Of a stretch of DNA of 64,000 bases, positions 10,698 through 22,191 are shown one piece after another. Every line of letters starts with the position of its first letter. Position 1 is the first letter of the stretch. The DNA is from an uncultured Phycisphaerales bacterium (lineage in GTDB: Bacteria; Planctomycetota; Phycisphaerae; Tepidisphaerales; Tepidisphaeraceae). The notes under the pieces were generated by a model. That model did not search any database, was not told where the DNA came from, and saw nothing but the letters and a program-made list of their open reading frames with translations. The position numbers and the translations under genes were made by a program. Location of the stretch: NCBI GenBank assembly GCA_963758525.1, contig CAVWVQ010000003.1, forward strand, positions 1,632,001 through 1,696,000. The letters run 5' to 3'.

Positions 10698-11066
10698 TCA
10701 TGCGGCCAATACTGGGCCAGCCGCGACCAGCTTCTTTCGCTTCGGGTCCACCGATGCGTTGAAACCTTCCAAAGTTCGAGCACCGAGGAGCGATTGATCG
10801 CCGGGCTCACCGAACACCACTTCATCTACCGTGAAAAACTTCTCAACATGTATCACCACAAATCCGACGCTCCTGGTGATCTCCTGTCCATTTGCCATGA
10901 CAAACGTGACATCCTTCTTCTCGCGTTGAACTCCTATACGCTCAAGCGATTTTGCGGAAAGCCAGGTGTAGTCAGTGCCGGTATCGACAAGGAGCTTCTC
11001 GACCCGCACCGACCGATGACGATCTCCTACGTTCTCGATCTTGCATCCCACTCGAAAAGCTCCCAC
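10698..11066 (-). CDS. retropepsin-like (clan AA) aspartyl protease
   Basis: LLVDTGTDYTWL catalytic motif and a SLLGARTLEGF C-terminal motif. Confidence 0.8.
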   Translation of the reverse strand: MGAFRVGCKIENVGDRHRSVRVEKLLVDTGTDYTWLSAKSLERIGVQREKKDVTFVMANGQEITRSVGFVVIHVEKFFTVDEVVFGEPGDQSLLGARTLEGFNASVDPKRKKLVAAGPVLAA

Positions 11067-11082
11067 GACTTACGTTCCCTCT

Positions 11083-12822
<1,740 letters not shown>

Positions 12823-12882
12823 TCAGGCGAAGTCTCCGGGCCTGCGCCTGCGGCGGGTAAAGCGCCGTGAGGTGTGCGTATA

Positions 12883-13038
12883 ACAAAGGCAATGCCGGAA
12901 GAGAGCGGATCAGGATGCTCGTATAACTCCATTCTAAGCATTGGCTTATAGATAACGCCGCTTCGCGGCAGCGGCGCGCCTTAGCTGTCAGGGTGGCAGC
13001 GGCAAAGGAATCACGCAAATGGGGTTGCCATTGTGGCA
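12883..13038 (-). promoter_or_regulatory. candidate sigma54-like promoter and two upstream palindromic boxes for the chaperone operon
   Basis: Minus strand CCGGCATTGCCTTTGT (GG-N10-GT) at 12898-12883. TG(C/T)CA-N3-TGGCA boxes at 12986-12998 and 13026-13038. Confidence 0.35.
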
Positions 13039-13173
13039 GGCAAAACGACACCGCCGCGTCAGCGGTCACTGACGCGGCGGAGTGCGATGAGAAGGTTCGA
13101 TATTTAACGAACGTCGAGCTCTCTCGGGCAGTCGCTAAGAGCCCGTTTCAGAACTGAAAATCCACCACCCACC

Positions 13174-13246
13174 CCGAGTCTGAGCTACTCCGAAGGCTCG
13201 GATTTTCGCGTGTTCGATCCGAGCCTTCGGAGTATCTCAGACTCGG
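13174..13246. repeat. long inverted repeat (REP/MITE-like)
   Basis: ccgagtctgagctactccgaaggctcggat ... atccgagccttcggagtatctcagactcgg. Confidence 0.75.
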
Positions 13247-13303
13247 CGTGGGGTTACGACATCGCCTCTAAACGACCTGAACGCGTCAATCGAACCGTGT
13301 CGA

Positions 13304-13807
13304 TTACGACGCCGTGTGACCGGCGGCTTCCAAGTTGATCACGCTCTCGGCGAGCTTGGAAAGCTTCTTGTCCGTCGCGGCTTCTTCGTCAAGCGTCTCC
13401 TGAAGTTGTTTGGCGGCTGATTCCTCGCCCAGCAGCTTCGCATAGGCGCGCACCGTGCCGTACCCAGCCATCTCATAATGCTCGACGCGTTGCGCGGCGG
13501 CGATCAGCCCGGCATCCTTCACTTCGTCGACGGCATCTTCTTCGATCATCTCCTTGCCCTCCTCGACGAGCCCTTCCATAGCCTTGCACTTTTTGCCAGT
13601 GGGCTTTTCCCCGAGCTTCTCGAAGATCTTGGTGAGCCGTTCGACGTGGCCCTTGGTTTCCTCCAGATGTTGAAGGAATCCGGCTTTCAATTGGTCATCG
13701 GTCGCGGCTTTGGCCATTTTCGGCAAGGCTTTGACCAGTTGATTCTCCGCGCTGTACAGGTCGCGCAGTTCGTCAACGTACAAATCCCGAAGGTCTTCCA
13801 TTTCCAT
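13304..13807 (-). CDS. ferritin-like DUF892 (YciF-type) protein
   Basis: ELRDLYSAENQLVKALPKM, HLEET, AQRVEHYEMAGYGT. Confidence 0.9.
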   Translation of the reverse strand: MEMEDLRDLYVDELRDLYSAENQLVKALPKMAKAATDDQLKAGFLQHLEETKGHVERLTKIFEKLGEKPTGKKCKAMEGLVEEGKEMIEEDAVDEVKDAGLIAAAQRVEHYEMAGYGTVRAYAKLLGEESAAKQLQETLDEEAATDKKLSKLAESVINLEAAGHTAS

Positions 13808-14108
13808 GATGTGTCTCCTGCAAAAAAGTATGCGAGTTCTATTTCCACCCGGCCCTACAAGTCCGGCATGCGGGTGCAAAGCAATCGGGATGCCTTCGAC
13901 GCCAGCAGCAACCCCCCAGCGCGAAAAACCCGAGCGACCCGTCGCTACGCGTGCGATTCCGGCTCTCAGGAATTTCCGCGGATCGGCGAACAGCGTCATA
14001 TTTTCGGAGGAACGCCAAGGTGTGTCACAAACGGATGAGGCTCGATTATTGCAGGGTTCGGCCTGCGGCGCGTTAGACTATGCGCAACGCTTACCGAGAG
14101 GGCAGCAC

Positions 14109-14570
14109 ATGCCAAATCCAGTGCCGGATCCGTCCATCGTCCTCAAAGCGGTCGAGACTTATCTCGGCCTGGCATATGAAGGCGCGCCGCCGCTGGTCGT
14201 GCAATCGCAATTGCGAATGATCCGTTCGGCGGGAGCCAACCTGTATAAGTCGCCGGTAGTTGTCCGCGACCTGGCCAATCCTCCGACGCGCTATTCAATG
14301 CGGCTTGGGAACCGCTATTACCCGCACATGAAGCTGAACATGGAACTCGCGCCGGATGACCAGGTCTGGCTCTTCCGCGCCGACACGCACGACCGGCACG
14401 TCTGCCCGCCGGAAAACTCCCCGGAATATGCTTCGTTCGTCAGTCTGATGGAACAGAATCAGAAGCTCTCCGAAGCGATCGAGACGGCCTGGGCACAACA
14501 GGGATTGCCGACGTTCAAGACATATCTTCGCGACGATCTGGCGCGCCGGCAGGCGGCGCTGGGCAAATGA
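14109..14570 (+). CDS. hypothetical protein
   Basis: Host-like codon usage. Contains RLGNRYYPHMKL...DTHD. Confidence 0.7.
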   Translation: MPNPVPDPSIVLKAVETYLGLAYEGAPPLVVQSQLRMIRSAGANLYKSPVVVRDLANPPTRYSMRLGNRYYPHMKLNMELAPDDQVWLFRADTHDRHVCPPENSPEYASFVSLMEQNQKLSEAIETAWAQQGLPTFKTYLRDDLARRQAALGK

Positions 14571-14646
14571 CGGAGCAGTCCCAGCGGAGGGGGAAAGAGG
14601 GAAAGAAGGGAAGAGGGAAAGAGTCGCGTGAGCGCGCAGTGGGCGT

Positions 14647-16689
14647 TTACTCCTCTTCGGTCTTTGGCTTGTACTGATTCACCACCTGCTGCTGCACCTG
14701 CGGCGGCACGGGTTCGTAGTGGCTGAGCTGCATCACGAACGATCCGAGGCCGCCGGTGACGCTCTTGAGCTGGGAGTGGTATTGCATCACTTCGGAGAGC
14801 GGGACCTGGGCGCTGACTTGCGCCATGCCGCCGGGGAGGATGTCGGTGGCCTGGATTCGGCCGCGCTTGCCGGAGAGATCGCCGGTGATGCTCCCGACAT
14901 TCTGCTCGGGCACGATCACTTCCAGATTGACGATCGGCTCAAGCAATACCGGCCTGGCTTTAAGGAAGGCATCGCGAAACGCCCACTTGCCGGCGGTCTT
15001 GAAGGCGATTTCCTTGCTGTCGACAGGATGATGTTTCCCATCGGTGACGACGACTTTCACGTCCTGCACGGGATAGCCCGCGATGATCCCCTGGTCGACC
15101 AGCTCGCGCACGCCCTTCTCGACGGCGGGAATGTACTGGCCGGGAATCGTCCCGCCGAAGACTTCGTCGGCAAACTCGAATCCCTTGCCGCGTTCCAACG
15201 GCTCGATTCGGAGAAAGACCTCGCCGAACTGTCCCGCCCCGCCGGTCTGTTTCTTATGGCGATGGTGCCCTTCGGCGCTCTCGAGGATGGTCTCCCGATA
15301 GGCGATCTTCGGCGGCTTGGTATCCACGTGCAGCCCGCGATTGGCGAGTCGTTCCAGGATCAGGCGCAGGTGCAATTCGCCGATGCCGCTGATCACCACT
15401 TCGTGCGTCTGGCGATCATGTCCCCATTTAAAGGTCGGATCTTCCTCGGCCAGCTTCGAGAGGGCGCCGGAGATCTTCGTCTCGTCGCCGCGCGCCTTGG
15501 GAGTGACGGCCAGACCGAACATTGGCGTGGGAAAGACCAGCGGACGCAGGTGCACCGAATCGAGCGCGTGATCGTCGTGCAGAACATCGCCGACATGCAC
15601 TTCTTCGATTTTCGCAACGGCGCCGATGTCGCCGGCGATGACCGCGTCCGCCTCGCGATGATCCTTGCCTTGCAGATGCAGCACGTGCCCGAGCTTGACC
15701 GATTTTTTGGAGTGACCGATGTAAACGTGCGTGTTGCCGCTGGCTTTTCCCTGATGCACGCGGAAGATCGCGAGCTTTCCGACAAACGGATCGGTCGTCA
15801 CCTTGAACACGTGGGCCAGCAGCGGCTTATTTTGGTCGGGCTGATATCCGAACGGTTTTTCGTCGTTCGCCGTGCCGGTGAGAAACGGCCGGGGGTTGCC
15901 CTCGAGCGGACTCGGAAAGTGCCGAGCGATGGCGTCGAGCAGTTCGATGATTCCCACGCCGTTCTTTGCGTCAGTGAAGAGGATCGGAACGACGTGCGCC
16001 TCGTCCATCGCGCGCTCGAAGGGAGCATGCAGCGCATCATAGTTTGGCTCCTCGCCGCCGAGGTATTTCTCCATCAGCCCTTCATCGAGCTCGACGATCT
16101 GATCGAGAATTGCAGTGTGGGCCGACTCCACGGAGGAGAAGTCACTCTTGCCGGTCTTGTCGAGCAGGCAGTCAACGACAGCCTTGCTTCCATCGCCCGG
16201 GAGGTTGATTGGCATGCACTCGTGGCCGAACGTTTCCTGAATCTGTGAGACCAAATCCTCCAGATCCAGTTCGGGCAGATCGATCTTGTTGATCACAATT
16301 GCGCGCGGCAGATTCCGCTCACGGGCCGCCTCCATGATGCGCCGCGTGATGACCTCGATGCCGTGCTGCGCGTTGATCACGACCACCACCGTTTCGACCG
16401 CGGGCAGACACGCCAGCGCCGTCCCAACCAGATCGGGCGCTCCGGGCGTGTCGATCAGATTGATGCGCTTCCCCGCGTGATCGGCGTGCAGCACCGCGGA
16501 AAAGATCGAGTGCTTGTGCTCCTTCTCTTCCTTTTCAAAGTCGCTGAAGCTCGAGCCGTCGGCCACGGAACCGAGACGGCTGACGGTGCCGCTTTTAAAC
16601 AGCATCGCATCGATCAGCGTCGTCTTCCCCGCGTTCCCCTGGCCGGTGAGCAGAACGTTGCGAATATCCGCGGTTGAATAGGTGGGCAT
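14647..16689 (-). CDS. fusA: elongation factor G paralogue (EF-G-like)
   Basis: GNAGKTT, DTPG, NKID, GIGELHL, KKQTGGAGQF, LLEPI. Divergent G-domain and located outside a str operon. Confidence 0.9.
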   Translation of the reverse strand: MPTYSTADIRNVLLTGQGNAGKTTLIDAMLFKSGTVSRLGSVADGSSFSDFEKEEKEHKHSIFSAVLHADHAGKRINLIDTPGAPDLVGTALACLPAVETVVVVINAQHGIEVITRRIMEAARERNLPRAIVINKIDLPELDLEDLVSQIQETFGHECMPINLPGDGSKAVVDCLLDKTGKSDFSSVESAHTAILDQIVELDEGLMEKYLGGEEPNYDALHAPFERAMDEAHVVPILFTDAKNGVGIIELLDAIARHFPSPLEGNPRPFLTGTANDEKPFGYQPDQNKPLLAHVFKVTTDPFVGKLAIFRVHQGKASGNTHVYIGHSKKSVKLGHVLHLQGKDHREADAVIAGDIGAVAKIEEVHVGDVLHDDHALDSVHLRPLVFPTPMFGLAVTPKARGDETKISGALSKLAEEDPTFKWGHDRQTHEVVISGIGELHLRLILERLANRGLHVDTKPPKIAYRETILESAEGHHRHKKQTGGAGQFGEVFLRIEPLERGKGFEFADEVFGGTIPGQYIPAVEKGVRELVDQGIIAGYPVQDVKVVVTDGKHHPVDSKEIAFKTAGKWAFRDAFLKARPVLLEPIVNLEVIVPEQNVGSITGDLSGKRGRIQATDILPGGMAQVSAQVPLSEVMQYHSQLKSVTGGLGSFVMQLSHYEPVPPQVQQQVVNQYKPKTEEE

Positions 16690-16806
16690 GATCCGTTTCC
16701 TCGTTCCAGACGAACCGGGGGAAGTATACCAACGGATGGGGGAAAGGCAGTGGGAATAACAAGTTGCGAAACAGGCATGATCCCAGAGATTTCAATCTGA
16801 AGGAGA

Positions 16807-17424
16807 TCAGATCGCGCATCCCACCGCCCGCGTGACCGCGACCGGCACGGTCCGGCCGGCAACGACGGCGTCGAGCGCATCGCGCAGATCATGTTTGTCC
16901 GCTTCATAGCGCCGCTGGCCCAGGCTGATATACGAATTATCAATCCGGCCGCGGTACGAAATGGAGCCGGTCTGATCGAGGAGTATCGCCTCGGGCGTGG
17001 TTGTTGCGGCGTATTTCGTTACCAGCAGGTGGCCGGGATCCAGCAGGACGGTGGGCGCCAGCGCAAATTCACGGGCATGGTCCCGCACCTGGTCCCTGGA
17101 GAGATTCGCATCGACATCGACCAGGAAGAACCGTACCCCATGTGATGCGTACGCCTCGCTGAGCCGATTGATCTCCCCGGTGTAGGCGTTGCAGATCGGA
17201 CATTCCGCCGCGACGAAGATCAGCACAGTGGCCCGCTGACCAGGCTGCATCATCAATGGGCGGATCTGATGGCTGTCCGTATCCGTCAATGTGATCGGGA
17301 TTTCCCTCGCTGGGGAAAGCGTCGATGGTTGCGCTGCGTCGTACGTTGCCATACACCCCGAAACGATGAGCGCGCAGCAGAGCAGCGGAGGAATCGCTGC
17401 AAGGTGGAATGATCGAGGACGCAT
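16807..17424 (-). CDS. exported thioredoxin-fold (redoxin) lipoprotein
   Basis: Lipobox-like VSGC, CPIC motif, YRGRID, terminal GCAI. Confidence 0.8.
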   Translation of the reverse strand: MRPRSFHLAAIPPLLCCALIVSGCMATYDAAQPSTLSPAREIPITLTDTDSHQIRPLMMQPGQRATVLIFVAAECPICNAYTGEINRLSEAYASHGVRFFLVDVDANLSRDQVRDHAREFALAPTVLLDPGHLLVTKYAATTTPEAILLDQTGSISYRGRIDNSYISLGQRRYEADKHDLRDALDAVVAGRTVPVAVTRAVGCAI

Positions 17425-17648
17425 GTCGGGTTCAAGCTCTAACGCGTGCGAACAGATTATTATTCTATTGTCGGCCGCGCCTGAATCCCTGACCCTGTGA
17501 ATGGCAAAAAAGTCAAAAAGAATTTGATATCAGCGCTGCTTCTCCGCACCACGCACCCGACACGGGCAGGATGCCCGTGCCACGCGGGGGAATCGGCGGC
17601 GAATGACTTTTGACACGTTTTCGCGGAGAAGCTATTTCATTGCGGTTG

Positions 17649-18059
17649 ATGCCGCTGCCGAACGATAGCGCGACGACTCCAGTTGCCGGGCGGTTTATCG
17701 GCGGCGTGTTTGGCTTTGCGTTTGCCGGCATTGGGCTGACGGTTCTGGGCTTCCTCTGGGGATCGCCCTTTGGGGAGTGGGACTCGCCGCCCATCTTCTT
17801 CCGCATTGCCGGCAGCTTCATTGCGCTGGTTTTCGTCGGCGTCGGAGGAACGGTTCTGATCGCTTCGATCAAGGGCCGGATCGCGGGACAGACGAGCGGC
17901 AGCCCCGTTTCTTCCGCAGCGATGCCAAGCGTGCCCGCGACGTACATCTGTCCTCATTGCGGCGCTCCGCTCCCTGCCAAGGCGGATGTCTCTCCGCTGG
18001 GCGACGCGAAATGCCCGTTCTGCCATACCTGGTTCAACATTCATCAAAAGCCCGCGTAG
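17649..18059 (+). CDS. two-TM membrane protein with C-terminal zinc ribbon
   Basis: CPHCG...CPFC after two hydrophobic segments. Confidence 0.7.
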   Translation: MPLPNDSATTPVAGRFIGGVFGFAFAGIGLTVLGFLWGSPFGEWDSPPIFFRIAGSFIALVFVGVGGTVLIASIKGRIAGQTSGSPVSSAAMPSVPATYICPHCGAPLPAKADVSPLGDAKCPFCHTWFNIHQKPA

Positions 18060-18100
18060 CTCGCTCAAGCTCCATGAGGGGCATGTCCGATAATGACACC

Positions 18101-18442
18101 ATGTCATTCGATGCCGTCGTCGCGAATCCCGGTCGTCTGCAGATTCTCACGGCTCTGGCAGTGGAAGAACGCCAGGACTTCGTGCAGCTCCGCGGCGTCA
18201 CTCAACTCACCGACGGCAATCTCAGCGCGCACGCCAAGCGTCTGCAATCCGCAGGCATGCTGCAGATCGACAAGCAGTTCCGGGACGGGAAGCCCGTGAC
18301 CAGCTTTCTGCTGACCCCGGCGGGACGAAGCGCGCTCGAATCGCACGTCAGAAAGCTCTTCGCGGCGATCAGTCAACGGCGGATTTCTGCTCCGGCCCCC
18401 TCCGTACCCGCGCGAGCGATTCTGGTTCCGCCGGGGGACTGA
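18101..18442 (+). CDS. winged-helix transcriptional regulator
   Basis: RLQILTAL...LTDGNLSAHAKRLQSAG...LTPAGR. Confidence 0.8.
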   Translation: MSFDAVVANPGRLQILTALAVEERQDFVQLRGVTQLTDGNLSAHAKRLQSAGMLQIDKQFRDGKPVTSFLLTPAGRSALESHVRKLFAAISQRRISAPAPSVPARAILVPPGD

Positions 18443-18445
18443 TGC

Positions 18446-18554
18446 GTACCACGGGTTTCCAACCCGTGCTGACGACGCCGTTGAACGCAGCGCGCTCTCA
18501 GGATCCTCTTTAGTTAGCTTTGCGCAAATCGCACGGGTTGGAAACCCGTGATAC
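18446..18554. repeat. REPIN-like doublet
   Basis: gtaccacgggtttccaacccgtgc and inverted gcacgggttggaaacccgtgatac. Confidence 0.8.
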
Positions 18555-18616
18555 ATTCGTCGCGTGAGCGAAACAGACCGCTAAACAACCAGCGCGCGCG
18601 AGATTACACTCCCCCC

Positions 18617-20076
18617 ATGCCCCAAGAAAAATCCTGGCAAGCCCGGATCTCCGAGTCCACCGATGCGATCGCCCAGAAGTTCGTCGAGTCGATCAGCTAC
18701 GATCGCCGGATTTACAAGCAGGACATTGCCGGGTCCATCGCTCACGCCACGATGCTGGCAAAGGTCGGCCTGATCAGCGATAGCGAGCGGGACGCGATCA
18801 TCGAGGGGCTCAAGGGAATCGAGCGCGACATCGAAGCCGGCAACTTCGTCTTTGACGAGGCGATGGAAGACATTCACATGGTCGTCGAAGCCGCGCTGAT
18901 CGAGCGGATCGGCGAGCCGGGGCGGAAGCTGCACACGGGGAGGAGCCGGAATGATCAGGTGGCGCTGGATCTGCGATTGTGGCTGACTGATTCGTCGCGC
19001 GTCATAGAGGAGCGTATCGAAACCCTTTGTAAAGAGTTGGTGTTTCTTGCTGATCGCAGCGCCACAACCGTCATGCCCTCATTTACGCATCTCCAGCGAG
19101 CCCAACCCATTTCGGCAGGCGCGGAAGCTCTCGCATGGGCGCAAATGCTATTTCGCGATCACGCACGCATTCGATTAACCCGACAGGGTTTTGGCGCAAA
19201 TCAATGGAAGGAGGGGGAAGACGGGCCGCTCGGAAGCGGCGCAATCGCTGGAACGTCAGTCCCGTTGGACGCGCATCACACTACAACGTTGCTCACATAC
19301 CAGGATCCGGCTGCCCGACATGCGACTCGGTACTTCCTTCGGGGCCCATGGAGCAGCATTGAACAGACAGCGACACGCGACCATGCCTGTGATTTCGTCT
19401 ACGCCTGCGCCATGATCTCCCAGCACCTCTCCCGCTGGGCCGAGCAGTGGATCATTTACATGACCACCGAATTCGGCTTCATCAAGATTGCCGACCGGTA
19501 TACGACGAGCAGCTCGATGATGCCGCAGAAGCGGAACCCGGACATGCTGGAGCTGATCCGCGGCCGATGCGGGAACGTCTATGGCGATCTGTTTGCCCTG
19601 ATGACGATCCTGAAGGGTTTGCCGATCGGCTACAACCGCGATCTGCAGGAGGACAAGCGAATCGTCTTCCGCGCGTATGACACGGTCAGCAGTTGCCTGA
19701 CGATGGCGGCTGCGATCGTCAATTCCGCGGAATACGACAAGGAGCGGATCGAACCCACGCTCGACCGCGGATTTCTCGATGCGACCTCGCTGGCGGAGTA
19801 TCTCGTGACAAAGGGCGTCCCTTTCCGAACCGCGCACCACATCGTTGGAACACTTGTTGCCCGCTGTGAAAAGGAAGGGAAGCACGCCCTGTCGCAATTG
19901 AGCGTGGAGCAGTTCAACGAGGTGATCGCCTCCAGGAGCGATGTGCGGATCGGCACGGAGGTATACGAGGCGCTGGGGCGCGGAACGTGGTGAAGCGCTA
20001 CCAGAGCGCCGGCGCCGCGGGGGGAAAACCTTTTGAAGAGCAATTGAAGTCGTGGAAGGAAAGACTGGGGATGTGA
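18617..20076 (+). CDS. argH: argininosuccinate lyase, frameshift near 19975
   Basis: HTGRSRNDQ, THLQRAQP, SSSMMPQKRNPD, YNRDLQEDK. Adding one G to the gggg run gives ...LGARNVVKRYQSAG...RLGM*. Confidence 0.92.
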
Positions 20077-20106
20077 TTGTTTCCCCCCTTTCCGTGCGTT
20101 CTCCCC

Positions 20107-20192
20107 TTTTAGCCCGGTCGCTTGCGACCGGATTTGGGGACGACAGATGCGCTCGGGAGAAGACAATCCGGTCGCGAGCGACCGGGCTAAAA
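20107..20192. repeat. REPIN directly upstream of the RAYT gene
   Basis: ttttagcccggtcgcttgcgaccggatt ... aatccggtcgcgagcgaccgggctaaaa. Confidence 0.85.
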
Positions 20193-20214
20193 AAATTAAA
20201 ATGAAAGGAATCCG

Positions 20215-20808
20215 ATGATTATCGCGACTCACTTGATCATCAGCGCGTACGGGTTCTGGTTACCCAACGATCCTCGCGGGTCGTGGTCCGATTTCGTCCG
20301 ATCGTGGGAACTCTACAAGTTCGGGCCCGCGACGAAGGTCAGGGGCCGACGCTCCTACGCGCATGATCCGCATGATGTCGCGCTTCGGCGGGCCGCGAAG
20401 CTGGCGCTGAAATATCCGCCCGTCCGATTCGACGAAGCGCAGCGGTTCGCGATCGCGGAAGGATTCGCGCGGGCTTGCGCGGATGGAAAGTACACCTGCT
20501 TCGCCTGCTGCATCGGATACGATCACGCACATCTTGTGCTGGGGAGGCACGAACGCGATCCGAAGATTGTCGCCGGGCATCTGAAATCGCATGCGACGCG
20601 GGAATTGACGCAGCGGGGAATTCACCCGCTCGACGGAAATGTCGGGAAACGCGGCGGGTTGCCCACCCCCTGGAGCGAGGGATGCTGGAAGGTGTTCATC
20701 GAGGATCACCCCCAACTCCGTGCGGCGATCGCATACGTGCAGCGCCATCCACACAAAGAGGGATTGGCGCCACAGGCTTGGAGCTTTGTCCGTGCCTTGA
20801 CGATGTGA
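20215..20808 (+). CDS. REP-associated tyrosine (Y1 HUH) transposase-like protein
   Basis: HLIISAYGFWLPNDPRG, DHAHLVL (HUH), AIAYVQRHP (catalytic Tyr). Confidence 0.8.
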   Translation: MIIATHLIISAYGFWLPNDPRGSWSDFVRSWELYKFGPATKVRGRRSYAHDPHDVALRRAAKLALKYPPVRFDEAQRFAIAEGFARACADGKYTCFACCIGYDHAHLVLGRHERDPKIVAGHLKSHATRELTQRGIHPLDGNVGKRGGLPTPWSEGCWKVFIEDHPQLRAAIAYVQRHPHKEGLAPQAWSFVRALTM

Positions 20809-22154
20809 TGACGCGATCCGCAACCAAACAAAAATTCTTCCCAAACCTCCTCATCGACGTTCGCGGCCGGCGGACTACGATCGGGGCCGAGCTGCGCGGG
20901 GCGGTGGCGACGTTTTTGACGATGGCCTACATCCTGCCGGTGAACGCGGGGATTCTGTCGGCGGTGATGGGAAGCCGGCTGGCGCCGGCGCTGGTCGCCA
21001 CGACCGCACTGGCGGCGGGGATCTGCTGCATCCTCATGGGTGTCTTCGCGAATGTTCCGATCGCATTGGCCAGCGGGATGGGGCTCAACGCGCTGGTCGC
21101 ATTCACGCTGGCGAAGGAAGCCGGTTCGTGGCAGACGGCGATGGGCATGGTTGTCGTCGATGGGATCGCCATTCTCGCGCTCGTGCTGCTGGGGCTGCGC
21201 GAGGCGGTGATGCGGGCCATTCCCCATGAACTGCGCTTGGCGGTCGGCGCGGGGATCGGTCTGTTCATTGCCCTGATCGGACTTTCCAACGCGGGGATTG
21301 TGCTGCAGGGCGTGCCGGCCCCGCCGGTCGGACCCCTGCTGGCTCCCGGGGATCTGCATCAAAAAGCGACCTTTGTCGCGGCGCTGGGACTGATTCTCAC
21401 GGCGGCCCTGATGGCGTGGCGGCTCAAGGGGGCGCTGTTGATCGGCATCCTCGCCACGACCGCGATCGCATTCGCGTGCGGGATCGCGCATCTGCCGGAA
21501 CAGGGCTTTTCCCGCCCCACTTTCGCGGGCGTCGCTTTTCATGCCGACGTGGGCGGTGCGCTGCACTGGAAGTTCGCGCCGCTGATCTTCGCGATCATGA
21601 TGGTCGACTTCTTCGACACGATCGGAACCGCCAGCGCCATTGCCGAGGAGGGTGAACTGGCGGACGAGCGCGGCAATATTCCCGGCGTGCGCCGATTGCT
21701 CATCGTCGACTCCCTTGCCGCCAGCATCGGCGGACTGCTCGGCGTCAGCTCCAACACCTGCTACATCGAAAGCGCCACCGGCGTCGCGGAGGGCGCCCGC
21801 ACGGGTTTGCACACCGTCTTCGTCGGCGCGCTGTTCCTGATCGCCATCGTCTTGGCGCCGCTGGTCGCGGTCATACCCGCCGCGGCAACCGCGCCAGCGC
21901 TGATTCTCGTCGGCTTCTTCATGATGCGCCAGATCGCCGAGATCGACTTCGATCAGCTTGACGTCTCCATCCCCGCGTTCATCACCCTGCTGACCATCTT
22001 CGCGACGTTCTCGATCGCACACGGCATCGGATTTGGCGCCATCGCTTTCGTTGCCATCCGCGTGCTGACGTTCAAGCCGCACAAAGTGCATCCGCTCATG
22101 TACGCGGTCACGGCAGCGTTTGTGGCATATTTCATCTTTGCTCCGCGGGGATGA
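20808..22154 (+). CDS. NCS2/AzgA-type purine permease
   Basis: TFLTMAYI, GMGLNA, DFFDTIGT, YIESATGVAEGARTGL. Confidence 0.92.
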   Translation: MTRSATKQKFFPNLLIDVRGRRTTIGAELRGAVATFLTMAYILPVNAGILSAVMGSRLAPALVATTALAAGICCILMGVFANVPIALASGMGLNALVAFTLAKEAGSWQTAMGMVVVDGIAILALVLLGLREAVMRAIPHELRLAVGAGIGLFIALIGLSNAGIVLQGVPAPPVGPLLAPGDLHQKATFVAALGLILTAALMAWRLKGALLIGILATTAIAFACGIAHLPEQGFSRPTFAGVAFHADVGGALHWKFAPLIFAIMMVDFFDTIGTASAIAEEGELADERGNIPGVRRLLIVDSLAASIGGLLGVSSNTCYIESATGVAEGARTGLHTVFVGALFLIAIVLAPLVAVIPAAATAPALILVGFFMMRQIAEIDFDQLDVSIPAFITLLTIFATFSIAHGIGFGAIAFVAIRVLTFKPHKVHPLMYAVTAAFVAYFIFAPRG

Positions 22155-22191
22155 GCTGCCATCGGATGCGCGGCCCCTCGCCCGCGTCCCC

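Noticed and set aside
18985..19390. argH patch as a DGR variable region
   Set aside because: There is no reverse transcriptase or template repeat in the window, and the patch is longer than a typical VR.
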